Source: Lingula anatina
Taxonomy: Eukaryota; Animalia; Brachiopoda
Direction: 5' to 3'
Assembly: GCA_051362555.1 (NCBI GenBank)
Contig: CM120644.1
Coordinates: forward strand, 13,910,567-13,974,566
DNA: 64,000 bases
The position numbers were made by a program, and so were the translations under genes. This document shows positions 1-26,692 of the stretch, one piece after another. The stretch's first letter is position 1. Each line of letters starts with the position of its first letter. Under the pieces are notes generated by a model. That model saw nothing but the letters and a program-made list of their open reading frames with translations. It was not told where the DNA came from and searched no databases.

Positions 1-775
1 TTATTAACAATTGATGGTCATTTTGCTGTTAAGCATTATGTAATATTGCATCAAAATAGAATAAAATGCAATTTTGGGTGCTGCTGCCATGATGACCATT
101 ATGGGAAAACCATGTTACTTATGATTGTCAAACTTATAAAAAAGAAACACAGGACTAAAATGCAGTCTGAGTTGGTAAAGCAGTCTAATTGGCTTCTTTT
201 CCTGGAAGTTATACATTTTGATGAAATATTCATTTTTATTGTATTGGCATATTTATTGTGGGTCTCAGAGCTCCCAAGGGCATGAAGCGGATTGGTAATC
301 AAATTTTGTACATGTCCATGCTATTTATAGTCAATAATCAAAAATTGGTGATAATTATTTTGTAATTTATTATATAATGTTACATCTTCTTTTTGCACTG
401 CTACCACAAACATTATGAAGAGAAAACTGTGTTACTTATTATTATTTTTAACTTACAAGAATGATTTTTAGGATTAGCATGCAGCTCAAATTAGAAAGCC
501 AACTCAATTGGGTAATATCATTTATTATTGAATTTATGCAATTTTGTGTGAAATTTTAATTTTCCTCATTCTGGCATTTTCAAAGTGTGAACGAGAACTC
601 TTGTTGGCCCTGAAGCCTTCTGCTTGTTACATATTTTACTTACATCGGTATTACCTGCTCAGCATAATTAGAATTTGATGTTGAATTTGCAGTGAAGCAT
701 ATGTACTTTTGCATCAGAATTTACAGTTACTGAAGCCTATTTTGTGCATTGTTATTTTTTGCTTTTCTGTACATT
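1..775 (+). mobile_element. HINE family 1, copy D (partial: cut by the window edge, 3' stem-loop missing)
   Basis: Matches 19005-19410 of copy A and the reverse complement of ~28620-29320 of copy C. Ends at ..ttttctgtacatt and runs straight into a tandem repeat. Confidence 0.75.
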
Positions 776-1295
776 ACACTACTTAATAGATTTACATGCT
801 TGTATATATTATATTACATTTTTTTTTAAATTTTCCTCATTGTTGGTAGATAAAGGGACACTTGCTTGTAATGTTATCCAGAAATTAATCATTACACTAC
901 TTAATAGATTTATATGCTTGTATATATATTACATTTTTAAAAAATTTTCCTCATTGTTGGTAGATAAAGGGACACTTGCTTGTTATGTTATCCAGAAATG
1001 AATTATTACACTACTTAATAGATTTATATGCTTGTATATATATTACATTTTTAAAAAATTTTCCTCATTGTTGGTAGATAAAGGGACACTGCTTGTTATG
1101 TTATCCAGAAATTAATTATTACACTACTTAATAGATGCTTGTATATATATTACATTTTTTTTCAATTTTTGTCATTGATGGTAAATAAAAGGAACACTTG
1201 CTTGTAATATTTTCCAGAAATTAATCACTACACTACTTAATAGATTTGTATGCTTGTATATATCAACTTTTTTTTTTCAATTTTCCTTGTTGTTA
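773..1295. repeat. Tandem repeat, ~110-118 bp unit, ~4.5 copies
   Basis: The unit start attacactacttaatagat recurs at 773, 891, 1005, 1118 and ~1227. Confidence 0.9.
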
Positions 1296-1409
1296 GTAAT
1301 TCAAATTACTATTCATTTTCTGTACAATAATCTACGATAATAGATGAGTGAAACCTCCTACTCAGTAGTTATTTGTGTCAATTTTGTATGCAGTTAACCT
1401 TTAGAAAAT

Positions 1410-1823
1410 AGTTGCAGTGTGCTTGCAGTTAAGCTTTGTGCAAGCTTGCAGTTTAGTTTGCCACAAGCTTGCAGTTTGGCTTGCTGCAAGCTTGCGGTTT
1501 GACCTGTCGCAAGCTTGCAGTTTGGTCTGCTGCAAGCTTGTGGTTTTAGCTTGCCGCGAGGTTTCAATTACTAGCTCGTCGCGAGGTTCCAATTCCGAGC
1601 TTGCAAATTAAGCTTGCCGCAAGCTTGCAGTTTGGCTTGCTGCAAGCTTGCGGTTTGGCCTGTCGCAAGCTTGCAGTTTGGCCTGCTGCAAGCTTGCGGT
1701 TTTAGCTTGCCGCGAGGTTTCAATTACTAGCTCGTCGCGAGGTTCCAATTCCGAGCTTGCGAATCAAGCTTGCCGCAAGCTTGCAATAGCAATGAATTGC
1801 AAGCTTGCCATTTTTGTTTGGGT
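1410..1823. repeat. Minisatellite of ~23-bp units built on the palindrome GCAAGCTTGC, with a ~156-bp higher-order duplication
   Basis: caagcttgcagtttggcttgctg-type units. The block starting at 1464 recurs at 1620 and 1776. Ends in tttgtttgggta. Confidence 0.85.
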
Positions 1824-2449
1824 AAACAGTGCTAAAAATTGTTTTGTCTCAGACAAAGTATCAGCAGAGTTTACATTATAGACTGACAGTGTTAATTAAC
1901 ATGGGACCTTATAATTACAGAATGCTAAAAACTTGAAAAGGAAGAAGTGCAAATTACCAATGTCCTACAAATCACAAACTGCCAAATTATACATCTTGAG
2001 ATCTCAGTGGCATGTACCTAGCAATCAAGAAGGCCACACTATCACACCATGGACATTTGTGGTTACATTTAAATATCGGGAAGAGTGTTGCCAGACAAAA
2101 CAAACCCATTAAAATATCGAAAAATAAATACCCCTTTGTCTATGCAAATGAAAAACAAGCTGTTAAGATGAAGAATTCTCTTTTGTTTCAATGAAAATGT
2201 ATTAAAATGTTTTTCTTGGGCTGGTGATGGAATTTTCCCAAAGGTTACTTTTATATTGCATATTAACATCACTAATAAAAGTGATCTTTTTTTTTTTTAC
2301 ACAATTACAATTATTTTCAGCTCCATTTCAATTCCACAAACCATACAATTTAAATGTTATATAATTTCAAATTTGGCAAACTTCTCAGTCTGAGAATTCA
2401 AACTGAGACAGACAGGGTCAAACATACCAGAAAAAATCCAGTCAAAATG

Positions 2450-2486
<37 letters not shown>

Positions 2487-3188
2487 CTTGAGCCACAGGG
2501 GCAGGCACACAGCCCTCGCTTCACACACTTTACTGAGCATTCTCTGCTCATGCACCTGTCTATTTTCCAATGCATGAAAGAAATTGAACTTTGGACTCCG
2601 CGTTGTTGTTATTATTTTCTAGCTCTGCTCTTAATCCCAGCATGGACATATGAGAGATTTTGAGCTCCTGAATCCATACCAGTAAAATTAACTCTTGCCA
2701 GTGGAAGAAAATATATTACAATAACAAAAAATATTTTTCAAATAGTAAATAATTGTTTTATTTGAATTGGCCAATAAATAACTATAGTCTAGAAAGGAAA
2801 ATCAAGCCATGTTCTTTTAATTGAACAATTTGGAAGAAATATCACTTCGAGTCAATTCAAAATAAATAAAAAAGAAAAAGATACTAAAAAAATGGTTCAT
2901 TATTCTAATCAGGTTAAAAATGGTGACTTCTTATCAGTGTCCCAGACAAAGACAACTAGATTTAACACTTGTCAACTATTTACACTGACTTATTTTTCAC
3001 TGTTCTCTATCCTGCTTTTGAGGAAATTTCAGGAATTTAGTCACTCGTAAACACCATGATAAACTCATGCATGAGTATGCTAGGCCAACAGGAGAGGTCC
3101 GTGATACGCTTAGGGTGCTTTTATTCTCATTTCATCAGCCATGGGTTAGATCATAAAAGAAAATAAAAGTTTAGAAATAACAAAAAAA

Positions 3189-3232
<44 letters not shown>

Positions 3233-4266
3233 TAATAATAATAAAAAATAATAAATAATTTAGAAATAAAATAGGAAAAAAGGAAATTAGTTGCAGTACA
3301 GTGTTGCTTTCAAAATTCAAATTGACCTGCTGTTTAATAAATAAATTAATTAATTAATAAATAAATAATGAACTTCATGACCTTTTTTGATATTGATATA
3401 ATAATGAAAAATGGTGATAAATTTGCAAGAAGCCCTCCCTTCCTTTTATTTTAACATGGATAGCCTTAGTTAAAAAATAAACCAATTCTACATTAAGTTT
3501 TGACTTAAATAACAAGCCAATATATTTTCTTTTTAAAATATACCTAGATTATTGCAAAAATAAAGAAAAAACCACATTGTAAATTCCATTTGTTGTGTTG
3601 CATACTCATTGTAGATCTTTAATTTATTTACCACAAGGTCAACCAAAAAGGAAAACAAATATGCACCCAATTTACTAACTGGACCAGTACTTGTCTTGCT
3701 ATTTTTTTATAGAAAATTCTTTGAAAAATGGAAAACTTACTGCCCTAAATTTCAATAGAAAACACCCAAGTTTCTGCAATATTAAGATGCAAACTGTTCT
3801 TCATTTGTTTTGACAAGTTCAGGGTGAACGTAATACTTCTGAGAATTTCAGAAAGAAAACCCAAAATTCAAAGAACAGCCAAATTAGATACTGAAACTTG
3901 AAAACAATTCTCTGAATTATTTATTAATTTAAAGATCAGCCAATTGTACCACTAGAACTGTTTTGTAGGAAAACAACTCCTTAAATTTTATGATAAGGTC
4001 AATTATGGCCTTTCTATAGCTGGAAAATAAGAATATATAACTTCCCTCTCAATTCACATGTAATTTCTGAGTTAAACCAATAAAAATAACAATAAAAATC
4101 TTATAGTTCCCTATCTTTTGTTACTTAAGTTTAGGCTAAAAATTCTTTAACCTCTTGGGTGACCAACATTATATACTGGTCTAAAGCAGTCTATATACAC
4201 AAGTCTAAGACCCCTTTCCCATAAAGATACCATCAGTCTATGTCCATCGACCTAAATCTGCAGAAC

Positions 4267-4399
4267 TCTTGCTGAGTGCAATCAGCTTAATTGAACTACA
4301 TGTCTCCTATTGTTTCCAACATATTCCTATAATCACCAGTTTTCTGTACTCTACTTAATGCCAGGAGAAGGCATGATAAGCTGATTGCACTCAGCAAGA
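4267..4399. repeat. Perfect 23-bp inverted repeat with an 87-bp spacer
   Basis: TCTTGCTGAGTGCAATCAGCTTA (4267-4289) / TAAGCTGATTGCACTCAGCAAGA (4377-4399). Confidence 0.8.
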
Positions 4400-5715
4400 A
4401 TCCATGCCAGACTGAGTCATTCGCCTGCTTGTTTACTTCGGTCTAGCGAAGTTAAACGGGAAAGCACCCACTATAGTACACACCTATCCTGAAAATATGT
4501 TTTGATTTTGTCATCTTTTTAGAGGGCCGAGTGCACAGAAAAACAACAGATCAATCACTGTCCACACAATTGTAGCCACCTCTCACTTTGCCGATTTAAA
4601 CCAATGTGATTTGTTTTTGGTTTTCAATTAATTAACATACATTACTAAAAAAATTTTACTTTTAAATTTTCATTTTTTCCCATGCAGCAAAGAAAATATT
4701 CTTCTACTGCCTACATATGTAGCTGATAAATTTTCAATTTTTTTCAGTTCCACAACTGCACATGCCTTACACTACCACTTCATTTGTAAATCAAAATTTC
4801 AGCATTTAATGCAATTCCTTTTAAGTGGAAATGAAATACAACTACATGCACACAACACGTGAAAAAGGCCAGATTTAACAGTGATACAGTAGTGGCCTTT
4901 CTTCAAGTGAATGACCTATGTAGTGGAATGCACCTTGCGTACATCTAAAAAGGAATAGTACACATAACCTGCACCAGTCCCCCTAAGGTATGCCCATTTT
5001 GTTGCATTCTGTTCACAGTAAGTAATGACAGAGCTGATGCAACCTATTTCATCGCAGCGTTCCTATCATTAACAACGCTCTGAATAGTACACCAAATTAT
5101 AAAACTTCTTTTAATTAATGCAAAAACACTGGACTCCTTGTGCAGTCATGCTGTGCAGACACATATTACTTGATTGCAATCAGGACCAATGGTATTTTAA
5201 TTGACTGAATCCCATTCACTCTATCCCAGGACTCAGGACACAGACTTTCACCTTTTTTTTTGTTAGTTTGTTTGATGGATCTTATCTCTATGTTTAGTGT
5301 AGTGCAAAAGAAAAAAAAAGGGGGGGGGAGGGGCAAATGGTTATAATGAGCTGCTTCTGCACGATACTGGCAAAGCCCACACAATGAGATGTGCCACTGT
5401 GCGAAATGAGTTCATGCGTGGGAGGCATACCTTTTGTGTGCTTTGCATGACAAGAATTAAGTATCCAAGTACCAAGCCACCTAGCTGAACTTTTACAGGG
5501 GGTGTACTGCATTCATTCACACCTTCAGAGATTCATATTTATTTTACTTTTACTTTTTTTAAAATTCTCATTTAGTCTGTTGCAAAAGCGCGGCAATGCA
5601 CTATTAAAAATTGATGGTTTGAAACTATCATGCTAAATATGGACAAATTGAATTGAATTTAATTTAATTGAAACAGCAAAAGCCAAAAAAAATTCCACCA
5701 AATATTTTTCTTAAG

Positions 5716-5719
<4 letters not shown>

Positions 5720-5787
<68 letters not shown>
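5720..5787. repeat. (GA)n microsatellite
   Basis: GA run. Others at ~14447-14482 (CT), ~20374-20400 and ~58616-58652. Confidence 0.95.
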
Positions 5788-5791
<4 letters not shown>

Positions 5792-6207
5792 TTTAAACAC
5801 TAACTACTATTTCAGTTACTGAGTTTTTTTTTTATTAGTCACTTTTTCCTTTTTCTTAATACAATCTGTAAGATAATGTTTGTGCTTAAAATACAGCTTT
5901 GATCAATATGTTAACATTATGCAAACTTGTAAATACATAAAAATATTTTTATGAGTATCACATTTCAATTTTAGTTCCTTGCATTTAAATTACACTGACA
6001 CCTTCAAATTTCACTCTTGATAAAAATATACAAAGTCAATTCAACTCACACCAAATTTTCTTCTAACCTGAACCAATGTAGAAAGACATCAAAATACTTT
6101 TAACAAACACAAGTTTAAATATGCAATGTAAAAATATTAAAACATGAAATATAAATAAATGAAAATTCAATCATGAATGGTATGTAAAAAATGCAATGTG
6201 TTGTCAT

Positions 6208-7788
6208 TCAGTCCATTTTAAATTTAGACAGCTGAATCACACTACTTCTAAAATTACAACTAGGGATTAGAACCCTCCACAAGAACATAAACAAATTGAT
6301 TACAATCAGGAATAAAAAGATGAAAAAAACTATCACATCCAACATCATTGATTGGTACCACTTTAAATTGATCGCTTGAGACTTAAAGTGATAGGCCCCG
6401 TCATGTTTCACCACGTAATCAACCCAGTATAGAATTTTTTCTTTAAAATCCCAAGGTTGGTCTCTCATTAAGTAAGACACCTTCAAAGCACTGGATTTAT
6501 AGTTGTGATTAGCAATGACTTCCTGTGCTGTGGAGTACAGTTTATCCGCGGTCAAGGAATGAATATCAAGTGCCACGCCCATTCCTGCATGTCCTGTTAA
6601 TTTGGAGGCCATGCTGGGTTGGTCAGCAAACAGCGGAATGCCAATGACCGGTATCCCATAATACCCTGCTTCCATAGCTCCATTTCTTCCGCAATGAGTA
6701 ATGAATAATTTTGTTTTTGGATGGGCAAGAAGTTCAGCCTGCGGCAGCCATGGAACTAACTTGGTATTGTTTTTAAGGTTGGATGGAGGTTGACCATCGT
6801 AACGCCAAAGAACTTTTTGCGGGAGGCGGCCAAGGGCGCTGGCAAACAGGTTTCCCCAGTGCTCCCCATAGTGCTTCACTTGAGATCCGAAACTGAAAAC
6901 CACCAAGCCCTCTTCTCCTACAGAGTCCAGAAACTGTTCTACAGTTTCACTCATTTGGGACGTTGGTTGGCTGACGAAAAACCCACCAATCAGAAGCATA
7001 TCTGGCATCACTGGTTGCGGGTAGTCTAGGGCAAAATCAGCAACAGCGAAACGCAATGATGGGCGCCTCGATGTTTCATGTACAGATGTTGGAATGTCAG
7101 TGTATTTATTTTGAAGTTGTTCATACTGGTAAAGCATATAGTAATAGATCAGATTATCTCCCATTTTCATCACAGCATTCATTGCTCTCTCCCCAAAAGT
7201 CATTTTATCAGTGAATGTTGCCATCATTGCTGGAACATACGCCATGGGGCTTGGGATATCTGCGTGGTCGCCTATCCCCTCTGTTAGAAGTTTTATATAT
7301 GGTATTTTTAGATATTGGGCAATGATCAGTCCACATATTTCCATAGAGTCCACGACAATGACATCGAAACGTTGCTGTTTCAGGTAGTGGAGGGTCGCAG
7401 TATCCTGTAATAACGCCTCGCAGAATTTCAAGCCAGTTCCAATGAACACGCCAATCATATCGCTAGGTGATTGCGTCACGAGTCTCTCAACAGAGTTTAA
7501 GTCACAAAGAGTGGTCACGTTTTTCGGGGCAGAAAAACTGACCTGCTGAACACGGCGCAGGTCCATGCCTGTGCGCGATGTTATAGAGTACTCACTGTTA
7601 ATCAGCATGCTCACACGATGGTGCTGGGAGAGAAATGATCCTAGTTTCTCCATGAGAAAAAGGTGAGAGTTCAAGCAATGTCCATACGGGTAAAGTAAAA
7701 TGTTGGCACTGCTGACACTTCTGATATCACAGATAATTTGCACAGATAAATACAGCAAAAAAAGCTTCTGGGTTATTGACTTCCACAT
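6208..7788 (-). CDS. UDP-glucuronosyl/UDP-glycosyltransferase (GT1 family), single coding exon, ~526 aa, nested in the CCDC93 intron
   Basis: ORF 6208-7854; first true ATG at 7788 (MWKSITQKLFLLYLSV, signal-peptide-like). N-terminal catalytic-His region (NSHLF). UGT signature WLPQAELLAHPKTKLFITHCGRNGAMEAGYYGIPVIGIPLFADQ. C-terminal TM helix and KFKMD (KxKxx-type ER retrieval). Candidate 5'UTR splice acceptor ttaactttccag at ~7955. Confidence 0.95.
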   Translation of the reverse strand: MWKSITQKLFLLYLSVQIICDIRSVSSANILLYPYGHCLNSHLFLMEKLGSFLSQHHRVSMLINSEYSITSRTGMDLRRVQQVSFSAPKNVTTLCDLNSVERLVTQSPSDMIGVFIGTGLKFCEALLQDTATLHYLKQQRFDVIVVDSMEICGLIIAQYLKIPYIKLLTEGIGDHADIPSPMAYVPAMMATFTDKMTFGERAMNAVMKMGDNLIYYYMLYQYEQLQNKYTDIPTSVHETSRRPSLRFAVADFALDYPQPVMPDMLLIGGFFVSQPTSQMSETVEQFLDSVGEEGLVVFSFGSQVKHYGEHWGNLFASALGRLPQKVLWRYDGQPPSNLKNNTKLVPWLPQAELLAHPKTKLFITHCGRNGAMEAGYYGIPVIGIPLFADQPSMASKLTGHAGMGVALDIHSLTADKLYSTAQEVIANHNYKSSALKVSYLMRDQPWDFKEKILYWVDYVVKHDGAYHFKSQAINLKWYQSMMLDVIVFFIFLFLIVINLFMFLWRVLIPSCNFRSSVIQLSKFKMD

Positions 7789-10700
7789 ACTTGCACTTTT
7801 TTTTAAATAGTTCCTTATAGTTAATATCGTTCTCCTATGATAAATTCTGCACAAATTGAAATGTCCTTTTTTAAATGAGCAAGATATAAAAATTAATGTA
7901 TTTCCATTTTTTGTCTGACTCGGTCTTTATTGCACTTAGCAGAGATGCCGTCTTCTGGAAAGTTAATAAATAAAGTCAATATCATCAGCAGAGCAGTTTG
8001 TTAATGTTTTTTTTTAATGCCTCACCATAAATTGGCATAAAAAAATTGTTGTGAGAATTATTTCTCACTTTTAAGTATAGTACGTGCTGCAGCAAGTCAA
8101 ATATCCATTCATAGATAAATGTTTTTAAAATTCTCAAAGGAAATTTGAATGTTTTAAAGTTTTTTTCACAACTCCACTGTATTTTAGGAATTTTCCACTA
8201 AATGTTCAATCCGTTTTTCCTGAATTGTTTTTTTTTCTCCCTTATGAACAAAAGAAACGTCACAGCCTTCTTCGAAAAATTTTCACAAATTTTTCTTCAA
8301 TAAATTGTCAAAAAACTTTCTTTTTTCTCTTAGTTCTTAAAAAATGACGACAAATCCTCCAAGAAATTCACCTATTAAGAGTCAGTCACAATATCAGTCC
8401 TAACATCCCACCTGTGTCGTCTACAAGTGTCAGCCAAAGAAGCCGGTTCCATTAAGCAAGGGGTGGTCTTAAATACTCCCCTGGTACCGGGAGACAAGGC
8501 CATTTTTAGCACACACCGGCCAGCCGTTGTCAGCACTTCTACACAACAATATTACAACCTTGAGGTTCAAAATAAAGAAGCAGCCATAAGCCCATGAGGA
8601 AAAGTCCCAAACACTATTGAGCATTGTCACATATGTATTGCATGCACTGGCGTACTACATTAATATCCATCTACAGGGCCCATTCATCCACCACAGTAGG
8701 ACCTGGCTATGGACAGGTATAACAGATGCTGCTTATTCACAGCAAAAGCCCATTAAAAGCCTTATGGGACATGAATATGGATATGTTTAATTACAGTCCA
8801 CGTGATAAGGGGAGCAAACCCTTTTGTAAACCTAGTGATAATAAACGCCTGAGCAACATGGTGACCCGATTTCCAACCAATCATTTTTGCACCCTGACTT
8901 TCCCTTCATTCACTTTTCTCGGGAGTCTTTGGCTGACTATCACGTGAAGCCAGTGACTGGATTCGAATTAAAACAAGAGAAAAATCATGAATGGGATGGG
9001 GATGACTTGTTTGATTTTCAGGAAGTGCCGAAAGCTGTGGATTCTAGTTCTATCACTAGAATGGGTGTGTTGTTTACTATTTCACATGTACCTTATTTAA
9101 ATTTTACAATAATAAAGAAAAAAAAAAAACTGAAGTCTTAGGCACAAGACAATTTTTAAAAAGATTACATCATGAGTGCACAAGAGTGCGGATTTGCTAG
9201 CAATGAACAAAATTAATCCCCTGTCAAATTTACTTCTTATGTCATGCAGGCACACTGGGCTGACATTACTTACATTATATGGCATGTTATATAATACCTT
9301 TTTACTGGTTCATTATATAACCAGACACGGGGTACCTGACACACATACGAAAACACCAGTTACGTAATGTATCACACATACAATTACTACGCAATAATGC
9401 TGGTAATACTACCACTCATGGATCTTTTGTCTCGCCATTCGTCAGTCATAGCACAAGTCAGACACAACAGCCATCAGTGAGACGCGTGTGATATCAAGAC
9501 GTGTTTTGCATACACTTCTCTCACCCTATTATATAATCAGTAAATAGGTCAATAAGTTTATTAGACATTTCTTATCTATAGACAGTACGCTCTACATAAA
9601 CAAGCAACCTGGGACCTGCTTACACTATCATTATCATAACCTTATCCCACTATATAGATATATACCGTCATTGTAATTGAATCACTTGCTTTGCACTGCT
9701 TTTTCTCCACTCACCCTTTGTATTGCTTATAGTGTTACATTTTGAGTGGTCTTAAACCACAATCTCACCACAAAATTTCACTCACAGCTATTTATATCCC
9801 TTCACCAGAAATAAGTGCGGAAAAGAAAAAATTACACGAAAAAGACACACTAACAGCAGGGAGTAAGAACAAATGAAGATTTCTTTATCATATGCAAATT
9901 TAGTATGGTCTCTTCCGAACGGTCTGATTGTATTTTTATAATTTCTACTATTTCAAATGGACTAAACTGACCATTGATTTTTATTCCTATTTTATAATGC
10001 ATTATCTGAAAATGTATTTTACAGCCATTTTCGTTTCTCTAGGGATATTGTCAATTTTTAGCCTTAAGATTAAAAAAACTAAAATATTCTTATTAGATTA
10101 AAATACTACCTACTACTATTACTATTACTTTTATTCTTATAAATGTTTGACAGGAAGCCTTGAACTTTTTAGCATTAATTCCCAAAGATAAAAGAAGCAG
10201 ATAAAAGAAGCAAAACCAACAGCTTTTAAAATTAGGTATGTTTTTAGAATAGGATAATGAATCAAACCTTAATTAGGAACACAATACAAAAATGATATAA
10301 ATTGCTTCACCTTGCCTTGAAGAGGTAATATCATTTGAACTTATTTACTTTTTGCCAAAATAAATGACCACCCATGGACATCCACCTTGTGGTCAGTGAT
10401 GCACCTGAATTGACCCCCGCATGCTTGACCCAAGAATGACCCTTTTAACGCACATATTTCATCTCATCGCTGGCACAGATACTGACCAATCAGTGGCAAT
10501 GTTACTTGTACACACTTGTCTTATTTTGCTCTGGCTTTTAATATATTATCTTCAGTATATATTTATGATGATTTTTTATTAGTAATACATATATATAGTG
10601 CATAAAACTGTTCCTTTTCTTGAAATATTTAAATTTAACAGAAGTTGTAGATAAATCAACAAGAAAAATTCAGTGGAAAAGGGTCCATTTTTTATTTATT

Positions 10701-13133
10701 CCCACACTGTACTACCTATAGTTAAGCCTTATTTTCGACAACAATCTCTTCCAATATCGTCGATTTTAAGTTATCAAACTCAGGGGCATCTCAGATTATC
10801 TGCAGTCAAACTCTTTGACATGATTGTTAGCTTTAAGAATAAACCGTGAATAAGGGCAAGTCAATACCACTGTTTCAATACAAGTCTATTCTGGCCATGT
10901 CTTTTAATAATCTGCATACTTTCAAGTCTCGTTATTCGCGGCCTGATTGCACGGAGTCATCACATGCTACATGGCACAAATGTAAGACAGCCTGCTACTG
11001 AAATATAGTTTCAGTCACCAAAACAAGCCGTAACTTTAAACAAGTGGGGGACAAAAGTATCCCTGGAGTGACATGCCAAAACCCAATTTCAGTAAATTCA
11101 TGCTTAATCCATAAATAATGTCTACTGACGTCAATGCTCAGTCAATATTATCACTGCTTTGTAGTTTGGGGTATGTAAGAATAAAAAATGCCTATCTTTT
11201 CAAACTTTAAATAAAAAAAGATTGAATATACAATAAAGGGATTTGGGTATTTCAGTTTTCAGGAAGAAAAACGTCATTTGAACTCGTTCACCTGTTTTAC
11301 AATTCAACAGAAGATTTGTCTCAAAGACAAATCAAAACCTTAACAAAGATTCCTGTACTTCAAAGATTAAAAAAAAAAGCCATAAGGTCAGGTGTTTTAA
11401 GCAGTGAAAGAGTCATAGTGCAAACAATTAAGAACATATCAAAAGCATGTCAAAAAATAGAAGGGGAGGGGGGAGGAAAGAGACAAGACATAAAGTAACT
11501 TGAATATAATCTTAAATCAACCTAACAATGAAACTTGCCGTAAAAAGGGCACATGGTAGCAGTAGCAGATATTTCTGAAAATGATTAATCCATATCAGAC
11601 ATGAAAAATGTCTTTTCCCGGTCAAATCCCAGACTGTGCCACCTTTCCCCTTTAACTTGTTTTGACCCAAGCTAAATAAGGATACTCAGCTCCTCAACCA
11701 AGAATATCCAAGTTACCTAAGAAATTGCATTATATAATATTTAATCTATACCTGTTTTCATTTCTGCAGATTTGAGAGCATAAGACCAAAGCTCGCATTT
11801 GTTTTTCAATGGCATATATATGTGAAATCAAAAAGGTATTTAGGCAATGCAGTTACAATTTTGCCATTAACAGCTGCAGAATAAAAAGCAAAACCTCCCT
11901 CTACCCAACTTTAAACATATGCAAAATCCAGCAAACTTTCTAAATTATCTTTGGCACATAAAAAAAAGTAATCCTCCAAAAATAGGGGAATAAAATCCTA
12001 CCCCTGTTAAACCACAACAGACAGCTTATTTAAAATGCCCAACTTTTTTTTTCGTTTGACAGGTGCTATTTTTCTAGGTTGGGAAAACAGGGTTACCCAT
12101 TTAAAAGTCACCCGGTGACCCATTTCCCTCTTTACTCAGGTAGAAATAAGGGATTCCCCAACAATCAGCTGATCTACAGCTGTTTGAAAAGGTCCTGTGA
12201 AAATAATCAATTATTTAAAACCATGCTCTAGTTTCAGTCCAGATAAGACGAGTTTGGTTTACAATGTCTACAAAAAAATCAACTATAATACTCTTAGTTC
12301 TATCTTCTACAAAACAGAAATGAACACAAAAATTTTGAAAGATATGGGAAAAAATTTGATCCTATATTAACAATTGACTAAGACCTTTTTTCACATGGCG
12401 TTCAAGCCAGCCATAAGAAAACTAGGGCAGACGTCACGCAGATTTAGTTTAAGATTATGCGTTAACATAGATGTCAACATTTCAATTCATTTTCTGGACC
12501 CCCAAGCAAACAGGGGGGGCATTACATACTGAATCCCAAACATAATATATAGTAGGTAACACAACAGGGCCAGTGAGCGTAATATTGGGACCAGAAATGT
12601 GAATATTTATGACCAGCAAAATGTGAAAAACAACCCTAGATTCTGACACAAATGGATTGTCGTTATGTGAACCCTAGCCAGGCAAAAGTTGACCCCGATT
12701 CTCATAAAAGGGTCAATGGCCATGGAGTGCAAAGGAGTAACTGGGGCATATGAATTGTATAATTGAACAAGTGAAGCAGTGCAGACTCCCACATCTTCAC
12801 ATATTTTACTCACTGACAGTCTGTTAAACTGGGATGGGACTGCCATTTGGTGAAAATGTCTGAATATATGGCCTGAGGTCCAGACCCTTTGTAATACTTA
12901 CTTAAATACTGATATTTCTTTAACCATCCATTCGCCTTTTGCTCTGCTATTTATTTTCAACCACTGTTATATAATATATATACTGGCTTCATTTCACTTT
13001 CACTTTTTTTTTTTTTCAGGGTGTCTCTTTTTCCTTAACTTCAACCTCTCTCTCTCTCTCTCTCTCTTTCAACTAAAGTTTGTTAGCTGTGTGTGAAACT
13101 TTTAGGATGTTATAAAATTCAAATCCACATTAC

Positions 13134-26692
<13,559 letters not shown>

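Noticed and set aside
46-302. Short ORFs recurring at 46-302, 19317-19511, 20706-20903, 21949-22322, 27243-27467, 28948-29337 and 30547-30753
   Set aside because: All lie in copies of the non-coding HINE repeat. Frames are not preserved between copies and there are no Rep/helicase motifs.
1410-1823. CRISPR-like array of palindromic repeats
   Set aside because: The intervening sequences are ~13 bp and similar to each other rather than unique spacers, there are no cas genes, and the context is a eukaryotic intron. It is a minisatellite.
7789-7954. In-frame CCDC93-UGT fusion via the acceptor at 7954, and the ORF-track N-terminal extension to 7854
   Set aside because: A phase-0 join from CCDC93 exon 12 reads KTASLLSAIK.. 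and stops after 27 codons, out of frame with the UGT. The 7854 start is a non-ATG codon.
11750-11830. Possible CCDC93 exon (..EKQMRALVL..) with a GT donor
   Set aside because: No suitable acceptor or phase, and only superficial similarity to the expected LRALVAMNENLK segment.
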